A stretch of DNA of 57,512 nt, filler included, from Dimargaris cristalligena (lineage: Eukaryota), in assembly GCA_003614675.1 (NCBI GenBank). It is 2 parts of 2 records of this genome, joined end to end, with 100 filler letters (N's around TTAATTAATTAA, not from the genome) between each part and the next. Parts side by side here need not be neighbours in the genome. Positions count along the whole stretch, not along the records: positions 28,822 to 57,512 come from ML002497.1; 1 more part is not named here. One strand, written 5' to 3'. Position 1 is the stretch's first letter. Each line of letters starts with the position of its first letter. Of the stretch, positions 38,015-51,886 are shown piece after piece. The position numbers and the translations under genes were made by a program. The notes beneath the pieces were generated by a model, which was not told the origin of the DNA, searched no databases, and saw nothing but the letters and a program-made list of their open reading frames with translations.

Positions 38015-40978
38015 CAGGGTAAGAAAAGACTTGGGCGGAAGGGGCTTGGGAAAGGCAGGAAGGAATACTACTACTACTACTACTAGGTTGGACCGAGGAA
38101 CAAGTTAAGAGAGAGAGGGCTTGAGGAAGATAGCAACCAAGAAGAGAAAGGAGAATAATAATAATAATAAATAGAAGAAGGAAAGAACAAGTTGGGTGTA
38201 CTTTACCAAGCGGAGAGAATATTAGTAAAGAAACGGGAGGTCAAGTGCATACAAGCACAACAATAGCAAAGCAGGGCATACAAGAGAGGGTCAGGCAGAA
38301 CAGTAGTAGAGTCTATTGGGAGACAATAGGGCGGTTGGGAAAGAGGAGGGGGGGGGGCTTCAAGGAGAGAGGGGGGGCATCGGTCCAGGAGACGGAGAAA
38401 AGCACTAGCTACAATAAGCGTATATATATAGAGAGAGAGAGGGAGAGAGAGAGGAGTGCACGAAGGAACAGGTTTGCTGTATGGAGAAGAGGCAGGTCGG
38501 CGGGTATTTATATATATATATAAATTTAAGCATCTATATAAATAAATGTATATATTTATACGGAGAGTGCGGAAGAGAGGAAACCAAGGCAAGCAGGAAA
38601 AGGGGATTACTGGGGCCTGGACGGAAGAGGACGGGCTAGCGTATTTATACAGGCAAGCAGGGTTAGGCGAGGGTCACCGGAACGCAAGCGGGGAGGGAAA
38701 CAGCACCTGGTGTAGCCAATCCCGGGCTGGCCCAGGGGTCCGTGAGGGTGCTTGCGGTCTCTTTCCACTGTGCAAGTGACTGTGGCGGCCGCTGGATTGC
38801 CACAACCCCCCCTCTCTCTCTCTCCTTCATTTTTCGCCTTGCCTCCCACCCACCACTAATAGTAGTAGTAGGAGTAGTCTCCCCTCACCCCCATCCTCTC
38901 CACGGCACCCTCCATTGGCTTTACACCCCACCCACTTTATCTCTCTCCCTTTTCCCCATAATGAAATGGCCACCAACCTCAACCTACACCTCTTTATGTG
39001 GTAATAAACCATTTAAGGCCCCCCGGCAAGCCCGCATTGCCGCTGCCTAATAAGCGTAGAAGGGAGTTGCCGGGGGACCTTTGTTGCGGTGGCCTACGGA
39101 TTGCATTACCCATTGCTCCCCGACCCGGCGAATAGCCCCGAGGAATCGCGGGTCTTGATAATCAGGCCCAGCTTCATTATCGCTAGACCGGTGCGCTATA
39201 TTCAACTTTACCGTTGAATCGGGTTGAATTAATCGGACGAATCCTCTCCCTTCGCCTACCTCACTCGTGCTATTTCGGAATTTATTATGTTTGGGGCTAT
39301 GCCGAAGAAGCTGCACAACTCCTACAGGACTCTTCGCAAACACCCCTTCCATTTAACTACCTACCCATACCTCCCGGAGCAACCTATTTCCGGCCTACGA
39401 CTATAATTCGTCCGTATGTTCCTATATATAATGTTTTTACTTAGTTCTTTTCTTTACCCCTTCATGCTCTAACCCAAAATGTTTCATCGAACGGTGCCCC
39501 ACGAATCCAGTGGCAATCTTTGGCGATTACCCTTTTTCTCGCCCCCCTCCCTTTTTCTCTATACATCACCCTGGCAGCCGCTTCTCGGCGTGGTGTCATT
39601 TTCAACCCCACCCCCCCTCTCTCTCTCTCTCCCACATTATAGGATTGGTCCAAGGAAATAATGAGATGCGCGGCTATAACAGGCCCCTGTAATAATCACT
39701 TACCGCCGGTCCCCCGTTTGTGAGCTTGTACCATCCCACCCATCCCCATAGCCTAGTAATGCTGATGCTACAGCCGAATCCGAAATTAAATCGGAAGCCG
39801 GGCCGACGACGAGAAGAAGAGAGGGAGAGAGAGAGATAAACCGATAAAGACGCACCTCTGTCCTCGCGACCCAGCCCTTTGGTGTTCCCTCTACCAATTA
39901 ACTCACCTTAACTGGAATTCGGAACCGGCCCTACTCCAGCCAGGGGGGAGATAAAGGCAAGGGAAAAGGGGCCTCATATCGACAGATACAGGCCAGAATG
40001 AAACGGCGTGGTTAACAGATCATACGCGCTAATTATTAACCTACGCTAAAAGGGCCATTCATGGGGGAAAGATAAATAGATACTGTGCAGTGTAGCCCTT
40101 TTTTAAAAAATAAATACATACATGAAGGCACATCATCTTGTTCCCTCCATTTCCAACGCAGTAATATCGCCTATTCGATGGCTTCATACTCCACACCAAT
40201 TGTAATAGTTAGGGGGGTTTTTTATAGTAAATTGTTGGAGTTGGTCCTACGCCAAACATTCCACCTCCTTCTTTAGCCAAATCACCCTTATTTAGGCCTA
40301 AATAGCCTACATTTTCCAGACCCCCCTTTCTGACCCTAATACACTCGAGGGTGACCCATTATGCACCGGGGGTGCGTGAACAATGGGTCCCCCCAAAACA
40401 TCCCCATTATAAGCACACCACCATTGCCTCCGTCACTCCTGGACAGGGCCTCTCCTGGGATACACAGTCAACCTCTAACTAACTACACACCTCTCGTATC
40501 TTGCCTTATTCCGAACCACTGCCCTCGTATTCGGTGGGGCTGCGTCGAACGTCCGAGCTATATACCCTTTCAACCTGCATAGGATGATTTCCAGCCTGGT
40601 GCCGCTGAACGCTGCGGGGATGGCCCGATAGCAACCCTCCCCCCGCATTTTACATGATAGCCGCTGACCAATAACAGCACCCTGTGCAATAGAAAGCCGG
40701 TTACCGGAACATTCCCTTCGAGAAACCCTTGGTTTTCAGCACACGATCGATGATGGTCCCTTTTACGGACTTATAAATAGACCACCAATGTGGCGGCGAG
40801 GTTCGAAACCAGAGAAAAATACCTGCACCAGCCACAACTGCATCCATGTCTAAAAATATACGGTGAGTCTCGCTGTTATATCTACTGCCATTATCCGCTT
40901 ACCATTACTATACTGCACACACACATGGAATATTTATGGGTGGGGGAGAAAGTAGTCGATACTGCCCATCCAAAATAT

Positions 40979-41114
40979 GGGTAAAGTTCAGCTTGGTTGT
41001 ATAAGGGTTTAACCGATATGTGTATGGGAAAATTGGTGGGATGTTTATTTTCAACCAGTAGTACTTGCCTCATCAAATGGATTTTTCATTATACAGCCTT
41101 GTTGAACTACTCCC
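40979..41114 (-). mobile_element. MITE copy D (136 bp)
   Basis: ATAT|GGGTAAAGTTCAGCTTGG...GAACTACTCCC|ATAT, 132/136 identical to the reverse complement of B. Confidence 0.9.
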
Positions 41115-44100
41115 ATATATATTCCACGGCCCTAAAAAAGGTGATTACCAAATTCACTACCACCCCGGCCTTACTGGATTGGGCCTACCAGCCGTCCATA
41201 TTTGCCTCGCCATTATCCATCTATTTATCTATATATATATATATGTATATGTATCCCCAACTACCGCTACCACGGCCTATTTTTCGCTGTATTACACAAG
41301 GCGAATGGCTAACCAAACACGGACTATGGAATTTTCGACGCGCCTCGGCGTTGACGTTACACAGCCGGTATATAAAACAGCCTCCCCAGAAACTCCGCCC
41401 ACCAATAATTACGAACCAATGAGTCGGCTGACCCATCCACAGTAGAGAGGGGGAGGGTGGTAATGGAAAAGTGCGGGAAATGAGAAGAAATCCCACTATG
41501 AGGCGATCGTTACTTTCATCCCCTCCTCCTCACCCACTCGTTCCGTCGTTCCTCTTGTGCGTTCGGTTCTCACACGCTTTGGAGGTTTTTCCCCCCGTTC
41601 GATCATCGTCGACAAAGACACTAAGATTCCACATCGACCTGACTGCCTTAACGTCTTCTTTTCGCACCATTACTGGCCTTTCCTTTCCTTTTTTGGCCTG
41701 ACCTTGCGTATACCCCTGCCCTAGTTTAATCAGGCTGCAGTGGGGCTGCTTCGACACCGCCGCTGGCGAACAGCGGTAATCTCACATCCACAACCACAGG
41801 GGTATAATGACCCGAACCTCCGGCCCATTTTAATAGGCCTGTAATCGATGTAGGATTACTACAGGCAAGAGGCCATGTACCAGTCCCGGCACTAATATAT
41901 AGCGGTCCTTTACTTGTTTGTGCTTATTTTTATTTAAGCATCCCCTAAAATATATGTATGGACTGGCATTTATATATATTTTTACCATATCCCGGCCTTC
42001 TTCAGCTGGACAAAGCCTCATAACCAACATACCAGCCTGATTTCCTTAATGGTATTAAATAAATAGCGTGGACTTGGTTTTGGGTGACTGTACTAAAATA
42101 TAGCTTAAGGTCCACCCTTCAACGGGGTCGTTTCAGTCAAGTCCGCCGCTTTAAACCGTAAATGATCTCATACTCTCATGTAAAAGGAGTGACAAGTTCT
42201 GGCAAATGAAGGCCATGGGCAGTGACGAGAGAGAAAGAGAGCAGGGGGGTTGGAGAAAGAGATGGGGAAGTTAACAATGGAGTAGGATGGTTATCTAAAG
42301 CCAGGCCACCCGGGATTTTTCCATCAGCGCTTGATGGTCAGCTGTGAATAAGAAGAGTAGGCGGTATTCTGCGAAACCTAGTTAGTATCCCCTTTTATAC
42401 TGCATACCACGAGTCCTTCCTTTAGTTTTAGGCATGAGTCGGGCCAAACGTCCCGCGCTAATTGGCTTATTTCCCCACCCCTACTCCCCTCCCCATTCAA
42501 TCGTAAGTTCGTGGATTAGTCCATTTACCCAGGTTTAAATGTTTCATTTTTTTATTTCCATTTCCATTTTTTATTTATTTTACACCATCAATCTCCATCG
42601 CCTTTAATAGTATCATCGGACAATTTATCATTGTCCCAAAAAGCTTTATATTGGGTTGGTTAATCACTCTTGAATATCCCCTCCTATTCCAATAGGTGTC
42701 CCCCCCCACCATTTCTTCATTTCCCGTCCCCCTCTCGCCGTTCACTAGAAACCCAGTTAAACCGCCACTGTGGCTTAAGATACCAATTGGGTGACCCGGC
42801 GGACTGTGGCGGAAAATGGCGGGATTTATTTATCACTCACAACCTCCTTGTCGGCTCTCGTATAGTTCATTAGTTAACTAGTGCACTTGGTTTATGCGCC
42901 GTGTGTGGGGAGGGGGAGGGAGGGAGGAATGGTGGTTTAGTTTCGCCACTATCACCACCATCGCCATCACCTATGAGGCAGGAGGCTCTGGCCATTTTCA
43001 TATATAAACCCCACAGGATCCACGGAAGTAATGTATGCCACGTGCATCTCACCAATTTGGGACTGAGCGTGCGCTGGTCAATAATGATGAGGGAAAGGGG
43101 GTTGTATATAAAAAGAGGTTGGTAAGTATATAGACATATATATATATAAAATGGGGGTGGGGAAATGAAAAGGAGAATCCCCGGAGTGATGTTTAGGATG
43201 ATCCCAGTCTATAGTTTGTGGTTATGATGGGGATGGGGAGGGTGATGTAGAAATGGGGTGTAGGATACCGACCACCCCTCTTCCTCCTCCTTGGCCTCCA
43301 TTAAATGGGGATTCCCAATTATTCACCTACCCCATGTCGAGGCATAAGTGGTGATAGTGGTTGGGATGCTAATCCATCGGTGGTTGTATCGGTGCATCAC
43401 GACATGATAAGACTGATGTGGAAGGAAGAGAAGGGGAGGGCAGAGTAGAGTAGAGTGGACAGCACGGGTGTAGACTGTACTATACATCGGTGTGGAAAAA
43501 TCGACAGTAACGGGGTAAACCCTCCCTCCCCTTGGGGAGAAGGGGTGCGCACTTCGACCAAGATGTTCGGGACGGCCAGTCGTCAGCTAGTCAGTTAGTT
43601 AGTTGGTTGGTCTTGAACGATGTTTATATTTATTTTTTTGAGGGGGTATTTTAAATTTACATTGGCAATCACCCGATATGAGCGTGAGCGTGTGTGGAGT
43701 GCGGGGAGAGAAAAGGGAAGAGGAGACAAAGAATGTGAACGAGAACTGTTACGGTGGGGTGAAGTTTTTCATTTGCCTTGCAGTTGGCCGTGAGGGTTGG
43801 GCTGTGGGGGAGATGCCCTGCACTATGCATGGTAGCGACTAATATACCCTGCGGAGAACCCAACGGGACTGGCCTGGTGTTGGCAGCACCAGGTGGTGTG
43901 GTGTGGTGTGGTTGGGTAAGTGGGAGGCCACACAATACCCGTCGGGGACTATACCTCGGTGGACCTCCTCAAGTAGCTGACATTGCAATAGTCGAGTCGA
44001 GAGTATAAATTAGGTCACCGGCAAACCAGTGTTAAGCTATGTCAACAAAAAGATACTAAGGGGGGGATTTATAAGGAACATTGGTAAAAAAGGTAAAGAA

Positions 44101-45857
44101 TACAAGGGGGAAAGGGAGGGTGGAGAGGTGAAAAATGAAGTATAACAATAATAAAGAATAGCAATAGTAGGGAGAGGGCTGTGCTAACGGAAGTTGATGT
44201 GGATCGGCAAAGAGAGTGAAGCAGCGGGAGTGGGAGTGGGAAACCTAACGCCAGCTTGGGCTGACTCTACTCCTCCTCCTCATTTAGCCGTTCTCCCTCT
44301 TTTTCGGTCTCCCTCTCCTTTCTTTCCCCTCATTCCTCGTCATTTTTGGGCCTCGTTTGTCACCATTTTAGTCGGAAGGGGGCTTGGCCATTGATAAAAA
44401 TCTACCAGAGGAGAGAGAGAGAGAGAGAGAGAATGGGAGAGGGGGGAGTGCAGGCTATAGTAGTGTTTTCTTCCCCACCATTGTTAGTACCCTGACAGCT
44501 GACTGGTATAGAGAATGCACCCTTGAATCTTCTCCAACCACTCAACATTGGCATACCGAAAGATGGATTCGCTATTTGACTGGTGCGATGATGGGTACAG
44601 GCGGGGCTGATTGATTGTAAGGAGGGAGAGATGGGGGAAAACCCAAGATAAATGGGAGGAGTACGGGGGAGAGGGATGTGCCGCCCTAGTGAAAGAATAT
44701 CTATATTGCAAAGGTCGATGGCGTTCGTCCAATATGAGTGATCCGCTGGCGATGATTGTGCCCAACCTTCACTTTTCACACACCTACCCCACGTACTCTC
44801 TCATATATACATATATATAAGATTAGAAGTCGTTGGCGGGAACCGAGAATAAAGAGATGTACCATAAACCAGCGGCGCGGCCCAGCTCGGTTCAGCTCCG
44901 CCGCTGGCCAGGGTGTCGAACGAGTAGTGAATAAGGCAAGTCCATGTGCTTGATCATTAAGGAGTCGGCGGTGGACAAATGGCCAACGAAGGGACCTCTC
45001 CTCATGGGCAGGTATTTTTAATGCCGAAGGCGCCCCATTCTCGGGATATGACCATCTCCGACTACTTTTCTAGCCGCACCTCATATCCCGCACTTACCCA
45101 CTCCCCACTCTCACCCACGCCCCCCTCTTGTCGCGTGGGTTGTCCGCTGTGAAGGTATTGTAAGTTCGCCGAGGGTCCTTCCTTGGGACCCTTACTCTCA
45201 GTAGGGCCACAATGGCAGGCATCCGAACTCGGTGGTGGACGAGGGGTGATCAGGTGGCCAGGTCACAGACCTGCCCCCTCCCCTCCCTCTCGTTCATTAT
45301 GATCCATTTTGCTATTACCAGAGGCGGGACTGTCACTACCCTTTCCTTCCTTCCCCACCCCACATACATACATTCACACCTTGTTTTAGGCAAGTCTGAC
45401 TGGTTTAATGTATGAGGGGGTGCCAGGGTAGGCGTGGGGTTACATTGTCCCCGTCGAGGGTTAGGGTTTTGACCGTAACAGTACCCAGTCTTGAACAGGG
45501 TTATTGGGGATTAAATAGGTAGAGGGTGAGAGGAGGGTTGGGGTTAGATCCAGACTGCTGGACAATGCTAGTCATGCTTGATTGAGTCGGTCCTTTTATA
45601 TTCCATTACATTCTTGATGTTTCCTTTGCTCTTCTGTCGTTGGCGGTGGGTTCCCAATGGGAGGGGGGCTACATTTACATTTACATCTCCACCTCCTAAC
45701 CCCCTTCTCCCCGACGATATCGTCACAATCAAATTTACCAACATGGCCTAGCCCCAAGCGTGCGGAGGCAGTGAACTGACAAAGACCCGAATTAAAATAG
45801 GAAGTAAAGGGGTGAATAACACTATATTGCGGCATACAGGTGCCATACACACACACC

Positions 45858-45883
45858 TATATATATATATATATATATATATA
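45858..45883. repeat. (TA)13 microsatellite preceded by (CA)n
   Basis: Read directly. Confidence 0.9.
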
Positions 45884-48800
45884 CATCTGAATCGGTGCAC
45901 TGACTATCACCCCGCATATTGATAAATATATATAGTTTGATGACTGGTCCCTAGGGGGGAGATTGTGATGGGGCACAAGGTTCATGTATGAATCTCTCGC
46001 TTCACTGTAGAGCCCTGGTGTAGAGGCGACTTTAACCCCATTCTCTGCCAGACTATCCCTCGACATGCGACCTCTGTTTGGGCTAATGCACCTAATGGTT
46101 CAGTTCCCCTTGGTTGAGTGGAGTGCACCCACATAACATAACTTATAGCAAAAATAATCATAATAATAAACCTCGTTTTGGTAGTCCATTTCGAATGCTT
46201 CATTTGTGTGTAGGAGGGGGGGGTTGTTATCCTCAAACCATAGCATTGTTTAATCATGCAGACTTGTACTATCGGCAAACATGATTGCTACAGTTGGTGA
46301 CGGATGTCAACAAACCCTTCAGCAATGAATAACAGTAGCCCATGTCTGTTATTGCTTGCCCCCTGGTACGATTTTCAGAAAATAGCTGCATACCAGTGCC
46401 CCCCCTCCCCCAAACAATTACCACTCTCTCTTTCTCTCCAGGGCACCCGCAGGCCTATTGACCACCACCACCTTATATTAGCGCTTGCTTAGAAATTGGT
46501 ACATAATAGATTGATTATCTTTTGGGCGGGACCTCAAGTTTCCACCATCTCTCCCCCCTTCTTCGCCTGTTTGGTCCAGTACTATAATTCAGTGCCCATT
46601 AGTAAATCACAACACACCACACTCCCAAAAGTAACAACAACTGAGTAATGTCTTTTTGAATGGACGTCGCTGTGTTATTATTGACATGTAGTCCCCACCT
46701 TCGTTTACAGCCTAGTCGGGACGATCATTCGCCTTTTTGGGTGCTCCTAGGGTAAGCAGACAACCAGTGGGCGAGTTAAAACGGGGCTGCGATTACAACT
46801 TCTTCTTTTTTTCAATTCAGCTCTGTTCTAACCATGGTGTATCGAGAACTTTCGGATGGGGGTGCGTGCTCCCGGTGAATGAAAATCTAAACAATATCAA
46901 AATTCTGGTAAATTCCGCCCGGTGAGGGCAGTCCTATTCTGTAAGTCCACTCCATGATGACATGGGTAGTGGTGGGGTGTGGGTAGAGAGGAGGTCCGTG
47001 TACATGTCCATACACTGGCACACCTCTACTCAGAGGTAAACTATTGGCCCTATTTCGTAAACCCACCCTTTTCCCGAAAACTATACACTACATGACTATA
47101 TTTAGATCTGAAAGTGGTGGTTCTTCATTCGCTTCTTTTAAAGTCATCAGTGATAGAGAGAGTGTGTAGGGTAGGTGATTGCATACAGTGCCTCACTAAT
47201 TATTATCACACTATTCCAGCACATCTATGATTCCACTTTTTTCTCTGGAGCGCTTGAGTATGGATTCAGCCAGTTTAGCCATGTGCTTCGAATGGAAGTA
47301 CTTACCTAAATTACCTGTGGTATTTCAGACAATTGAAGACATACTGCGTCTTCGGAGCCACCTCATACACTCATTAGAGTCACAGAGATGGGGATGGGCG
47401 TGGGCGGGGGAGAAATCCTCAGCGATCCGAGTAGTTGCTCATTTTCTTTTTTAACCAGTCAAAGCCATAGCTGCGGCTTGTCCTAACTACAGCCAATAAC
47501 CATTCAAACCAATTTCACATCCTCCCGAATGGGATTGCCATTTTTTAGAATATAAATTCTTATATTCCCCCCTCAATAGTGCAGCAAACCAACATATATA
47601 TATATATATATATATTTATATTGTCTATTTGGGCGTTCCATAATATGGGTTTGTCAAACCATCTACATATAAACAGATTAAGCCACTCTCGAACGAAGTG
47701 CAATCTTGTTGTCGTTGTAGGGACTCCGGTGCCCTGATTGACCCAACAAATCGGCAGGTCGGCGGATTTTAAACCCCTCCCCTCCTAAAATACCCCTTCC
47801 TCCCGGGAAAGAAGAATGTCATTCTGTTTGCCCAAGTTAAGAAGGGGAGTGCGAGTCAGGGAGGATGGAAAGGAGGGAGGGAGGAGAGACTTGTAATTCC
47901 TATGCGTCGAAGGTATATTCATTTTACCTCGACCCCTGGTATGCAGGTCCAGGGTATACCAGCTCACCAGGGGACCGTCGGCCGCCTAGTTCAACGGCTG
48001 GCATAGAGGAGGGAGCAGGTCTTATTATCACTGCCACCTCATTCCCATTCTCCACCGAGGAATCCTTCACCCCCTTTATGGCCATGCTTAAAGGACCATA
48101 CCGTATATCACGATCTCTTTAAGAGCCCCTCCTTCCTCCCTTCGTTGTTATTTCCACTTATCCCAGTGGATCACTGGAATCCGGGCCGCTAGAGCTCCAG
48201 TGGGTAAGCATGGTGAGGTGAAGATAGCATTGTATCTCATTAGAATTGGTTTATTTCAACAGTCACGCGGGTGGAAAGGGGGGTTTCAGTGACCCATCAG
48301 GTACACTCGGCTTTCGTGTAGCAACTATTCCGGATTGAAGTCGCTGTGAATACACTCATATAGGTATGCTGCTTTTTAATACCCAAAATCCCTCTCTTTT
48401 CTCACTTACTGGGCCTTTTATGGCCAAGCGCAACAGTTTTAGGAACGACCGTTGGCGGGCTACTACCAATTTGGAACAGAGTGCTGAAGGATCGCAACCT
48501 CTACCTATCTTTGACATAGTTTTTGCCGAACAGTATACGTCGTGCTAAGACAAGTATGCCAATGAATTGACTAGTCCGGCGATGTAGGCTCAGGGTGATC
48601 GGGTGAGTATTAGAAATGTCCCTGCTTTTTATGGATATACGCTCATACCCTTCTCTTCTCTTCTCTCTCTCCCTTGACAATTCTTGGTTCCCTCAGCTAC
48701 GGAATAGGGGTCTCTAAAGTTAACGGATGGCACTTTAGTTACTTCTCACCCAGCAATGTCATATTAAAGCCGCTGTGTTTGAAACATAGCAGTGCCGAAA

Positions 48801-50171
48801 TCACCGATACTCAAGCTAAAGTGGTGGTGATCTAGACGAGATGAAAGTTTCACCGCCGGCCCGGGGCGATCGCCGAAATTATAGTCGGTCGTCAAGGTGG
48901 TGAGAAAGTTGAGTTTATAATTCTAGTGTATTTGCCGTTGACGCTCTTTTAGATATTCGAATGGAACTGCCAAGTTTACCCATGGTCAATTGTAAATTAG
49001 TATTATTCTATATGCGGCAAACGAAACTGAAGCTGTGGGTTAGTTTTTTGCAATTACCCATTTGTTCTTTTTCCCTGAACCTCCTCTCCTCTCCGCCCCT
49101 CTGTTCTCGTTCAAATGGATGATTATACCTTTGGCCGAATAAGTGACCCTACTCTATGTAAGTTCCCTAAACGAGGTAAATGAAACATACATTAGGGATC
49201 GAAGCTATTATTTTTTCCCACCAGCCTCGGGGAGTGTTGATCCATTCTCTCGGTTGAAAATCCTGCGCCATGTACTTCAGAGAATGATTGCCCTGCCTCA
49301 GGGTTGCTTCCGCTCCGCTTGGTGCTCTTCTACCTAGTTACCAAGACAGTTTCATTTTTCAGCCCGTATAGTAAGTTTGGACTTGATGGAGGAGTACGGA
49401 AAAGCCAATCATTGAACCACTCAACAATATACACAATTTGCAACACCCCTTCTCCATCGCCACCACCCCCTTCCTCATCCTGTTCTTGGGATTATTACAT
49501 AACGGGGGCTAAGTCTTTCGATACGAAACATATGCGTGGAAAAAGGTCATGATCGGTGGGACTTGGAGCCCGAAACAGAACATCCAACTTCCCACTAAGC
49601 GAAATCAATAGTATCCCTACAATGGTATTATATGTTCCACCAGAGCCACCCCCGTTGATGTATCGGCCGTGCAGCTCTGGGAAGTGTGCGAAGGGTCGAT
49701 GGTGATCGATTATGAGAACCATAACCCCCCGCTTCTTTTTTTTAGAAGATGAGTGGTTATCAAACACTCGTATACTATTATTAGGATCTTATTCAGTGTT
49801 CAACCAGTTGTAGACTATTCTCTTTTTATATATATAAAAAGAATGCACAGGTTACCCATCACCAAAACAGTAGTTACTGCTTTTTGGCCGGTCGGATTAT
49901 ACGTCGAATCAAACATCAAAGATGGAGTGCAAGTGGTAAAGTAAATATACACAGCTGAGCCTTTGCGAATCAGTGTGGGGACTGGGAATAATTGCCTTAA
50001 TTATCCGATGGCCATTGGGCTCACTATTTGGGTATTAGGGAGTGAACTAAGTCGGTGGCCCTGGATTTGCCGCTTGGACAAATCCTAACCCAACGGACCC
50101 TTACTTAGACGTTTGCAACCCCACTTATATACTTGTTCGATGGGAATACTGTATATAGTCTGCTTATGGTT

Positions 50172-50256
50172 TATTCCGTGGGTAGTAGTATCGGATAGAT
50201 CACACGTAGCACATAGTAGCCAGGTATCTAAGGTTCGAGTGAGCCTCGGCGGAATA
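50172..50256 (+). pseudogene. tRNA-like relic (resembles tRNA-Val), not a canonical cloverleaf
   Basis: Terminal pairing TATTCCG/CGGAATA, an A-box-like GGTAGTAGTATCGG, then ATCAC, AGGT and a B-box-like GGTTCGAG in tRNA order. The anticodon arm and T-loop are disrupted. Confidence 0.3.
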
Positions 50257-50717
50257 GTCTAGTAAGCATGATGATTCGTAGTATCTACAATGTTGCACAT
50301 CGTGGATTCAGCGAATTAAGCGAATATTCAATAACAGTAATATAAGGCCGGTTTTTGGGGCTAATGTAATTTTATTGGACCCATTACATTACTAGCTTAG
50401 CCGTACTCCCTGCCCCAGGTTGGAGCGCGCATTTTATTTTGGTACCGGGGCCTACATTGGTAGAACAATATCAATCTTATCGACATTGATTCAAAAAGCA
50501 GACGTTCTAATTGGAACCGGGGGTTAAATCTGATATATGGTTTGGCAATTTTCATGGACACCGCCCACCCCACGAGAACTGTTTGCTATTGCGATTAAAG
50601 TATTCAGAGAATCAACACTGTAGACAGTGGTATCATCGGTGTTACATCACTCGAAAAAAATTTACTAAAATACAGTGTTGCAGTTAGTGCACGACAGGTC
50701 TAAGAAATAGAGAATAT

Positions 50718-50855
50718 GAGTAAAATTCAGCTCGGCTGTATAAGGTTTTAACTAATATATGTGTATGGGAAAGTCGGTGGGATGTTTATTTCCCACCAGT
50801 AGCATATGCCTCATCGAATGGATATTTTGTTATACAGCCTTGTTGAACTACTCCC
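50718..50855 (-). mobile_element. MITE copy E (138 bp)
   Basis: ATAT|GAGTAAAATTCAGCTCGGCTGTATAAGG...GTTGAACTACTCCC|ATAT, clearly alignable to B and D. Confidence 0.88.
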
Positions 50856-51201
50856 ATATGCATAACAGGCGTGTGTAAACGTCAGACATAAACGATCAGT
50901 TTCAAAAGGGGCCAATTAAAAAATACTGACGTGGGCATTGTGACAGTGTACGTTTAACACGCAAATGATATTGATAAGGGGGTATTTCAATAGGCTACCC
51001 GGGATAAGATACTGATTGGAATCATCAGACACTCTATGGAGGATCAGGAAAATAGATATATAATATCAATCGTTGCTACCGGCCATCCGTGAAGTCGTCA
51101 ATAAACAATTAATCACCTTAGCCCATGTCCCCAGCTGATAACTCCGCGCTTCTGTCCTTGTCAGTAAGATCGTCACTCGTGGTAAGATCCACTATAAGTA
51201 T

Positions 51202-51335
51202 GGGAGAAACTCGAATCTGATACATAGCAAAAAATACAATTGATAGAACAGGTATTATGAGTTGAAAATAAATTCTCCACCCATTTTCTTTTATACATCC
51301 TTTACGAGCCTGTACAGGCTTGATGGTATATTACT
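51202..51335 (+). mobile_element. MITE copy G, old and highly diverged
   Basis: Starts TAT|GGGAGAAACTC and retains the internal GTTGAAAATAAA.TCTCCACC.ATTTTC block at the expected offset. The right end is eroded. Confidence 0.5.
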
Positions 51336-51752
51336 ATATTGAATATTCTTCCAAACGATACAGGGCCCGATAAACTATTTCAACGGGTTATCAATGAATC
51401 AACCGGTTGTTAATATAGAGGGAAAACAGTTAGAAAACCGATGGCCTGTATAGAGCCTGAAGGCTAGATACCGAAAAGGTCAAATTTAGGATGTTGGCTG
51501 CTCAGAGTGACGTGCGGCAACAATTAGGGCTATTGATGGACAATCGTATCTAACTACCCGTTGCTTAGACTGGCTGCTGTACCACATATTGAAATACTGG
51601 GGCGCTGGATTATCATGTTGAACCAAAAGCTGGGTTACCAAAGCGCTGGCCCTCTAAATTACTGGATAACCCTGCTAAACAATTGAAACGACTTTAGAAT
51701 TGAGTGTAAAATAGACATCCAAGAAAATGGATACAGCAGTACGTTATGATAT

Positions 51753-51886
51753 AGGAAGAATCCAACAAGGTCAAATGGCAAAAAAACCGTTAGATGTAGT
51801 GAATACTACCGATTAAACATGGATATACCTCCTATCTTTCCGTATACATCATGCAAAGTCCTATACAGCTGGGCCGAATTTAACCC
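51753..51886 (+). mobile_element. MITE copy F, diverged
   Basis: The right end TATACAGCTGGGCCGAATTTAACCC|ATAC matches copy A. The left end ATAT|AGGAAGAATCCAACAAGG is degenerate, and the length (134 bp) fits the family. Confidence 0.7.

Noticed and set aside
37490-38086. 198-aa plus-strand ORF opposite the Trp-repeat gene
   Set aside because: Antisense shadow ORF with compositionally biased translation.
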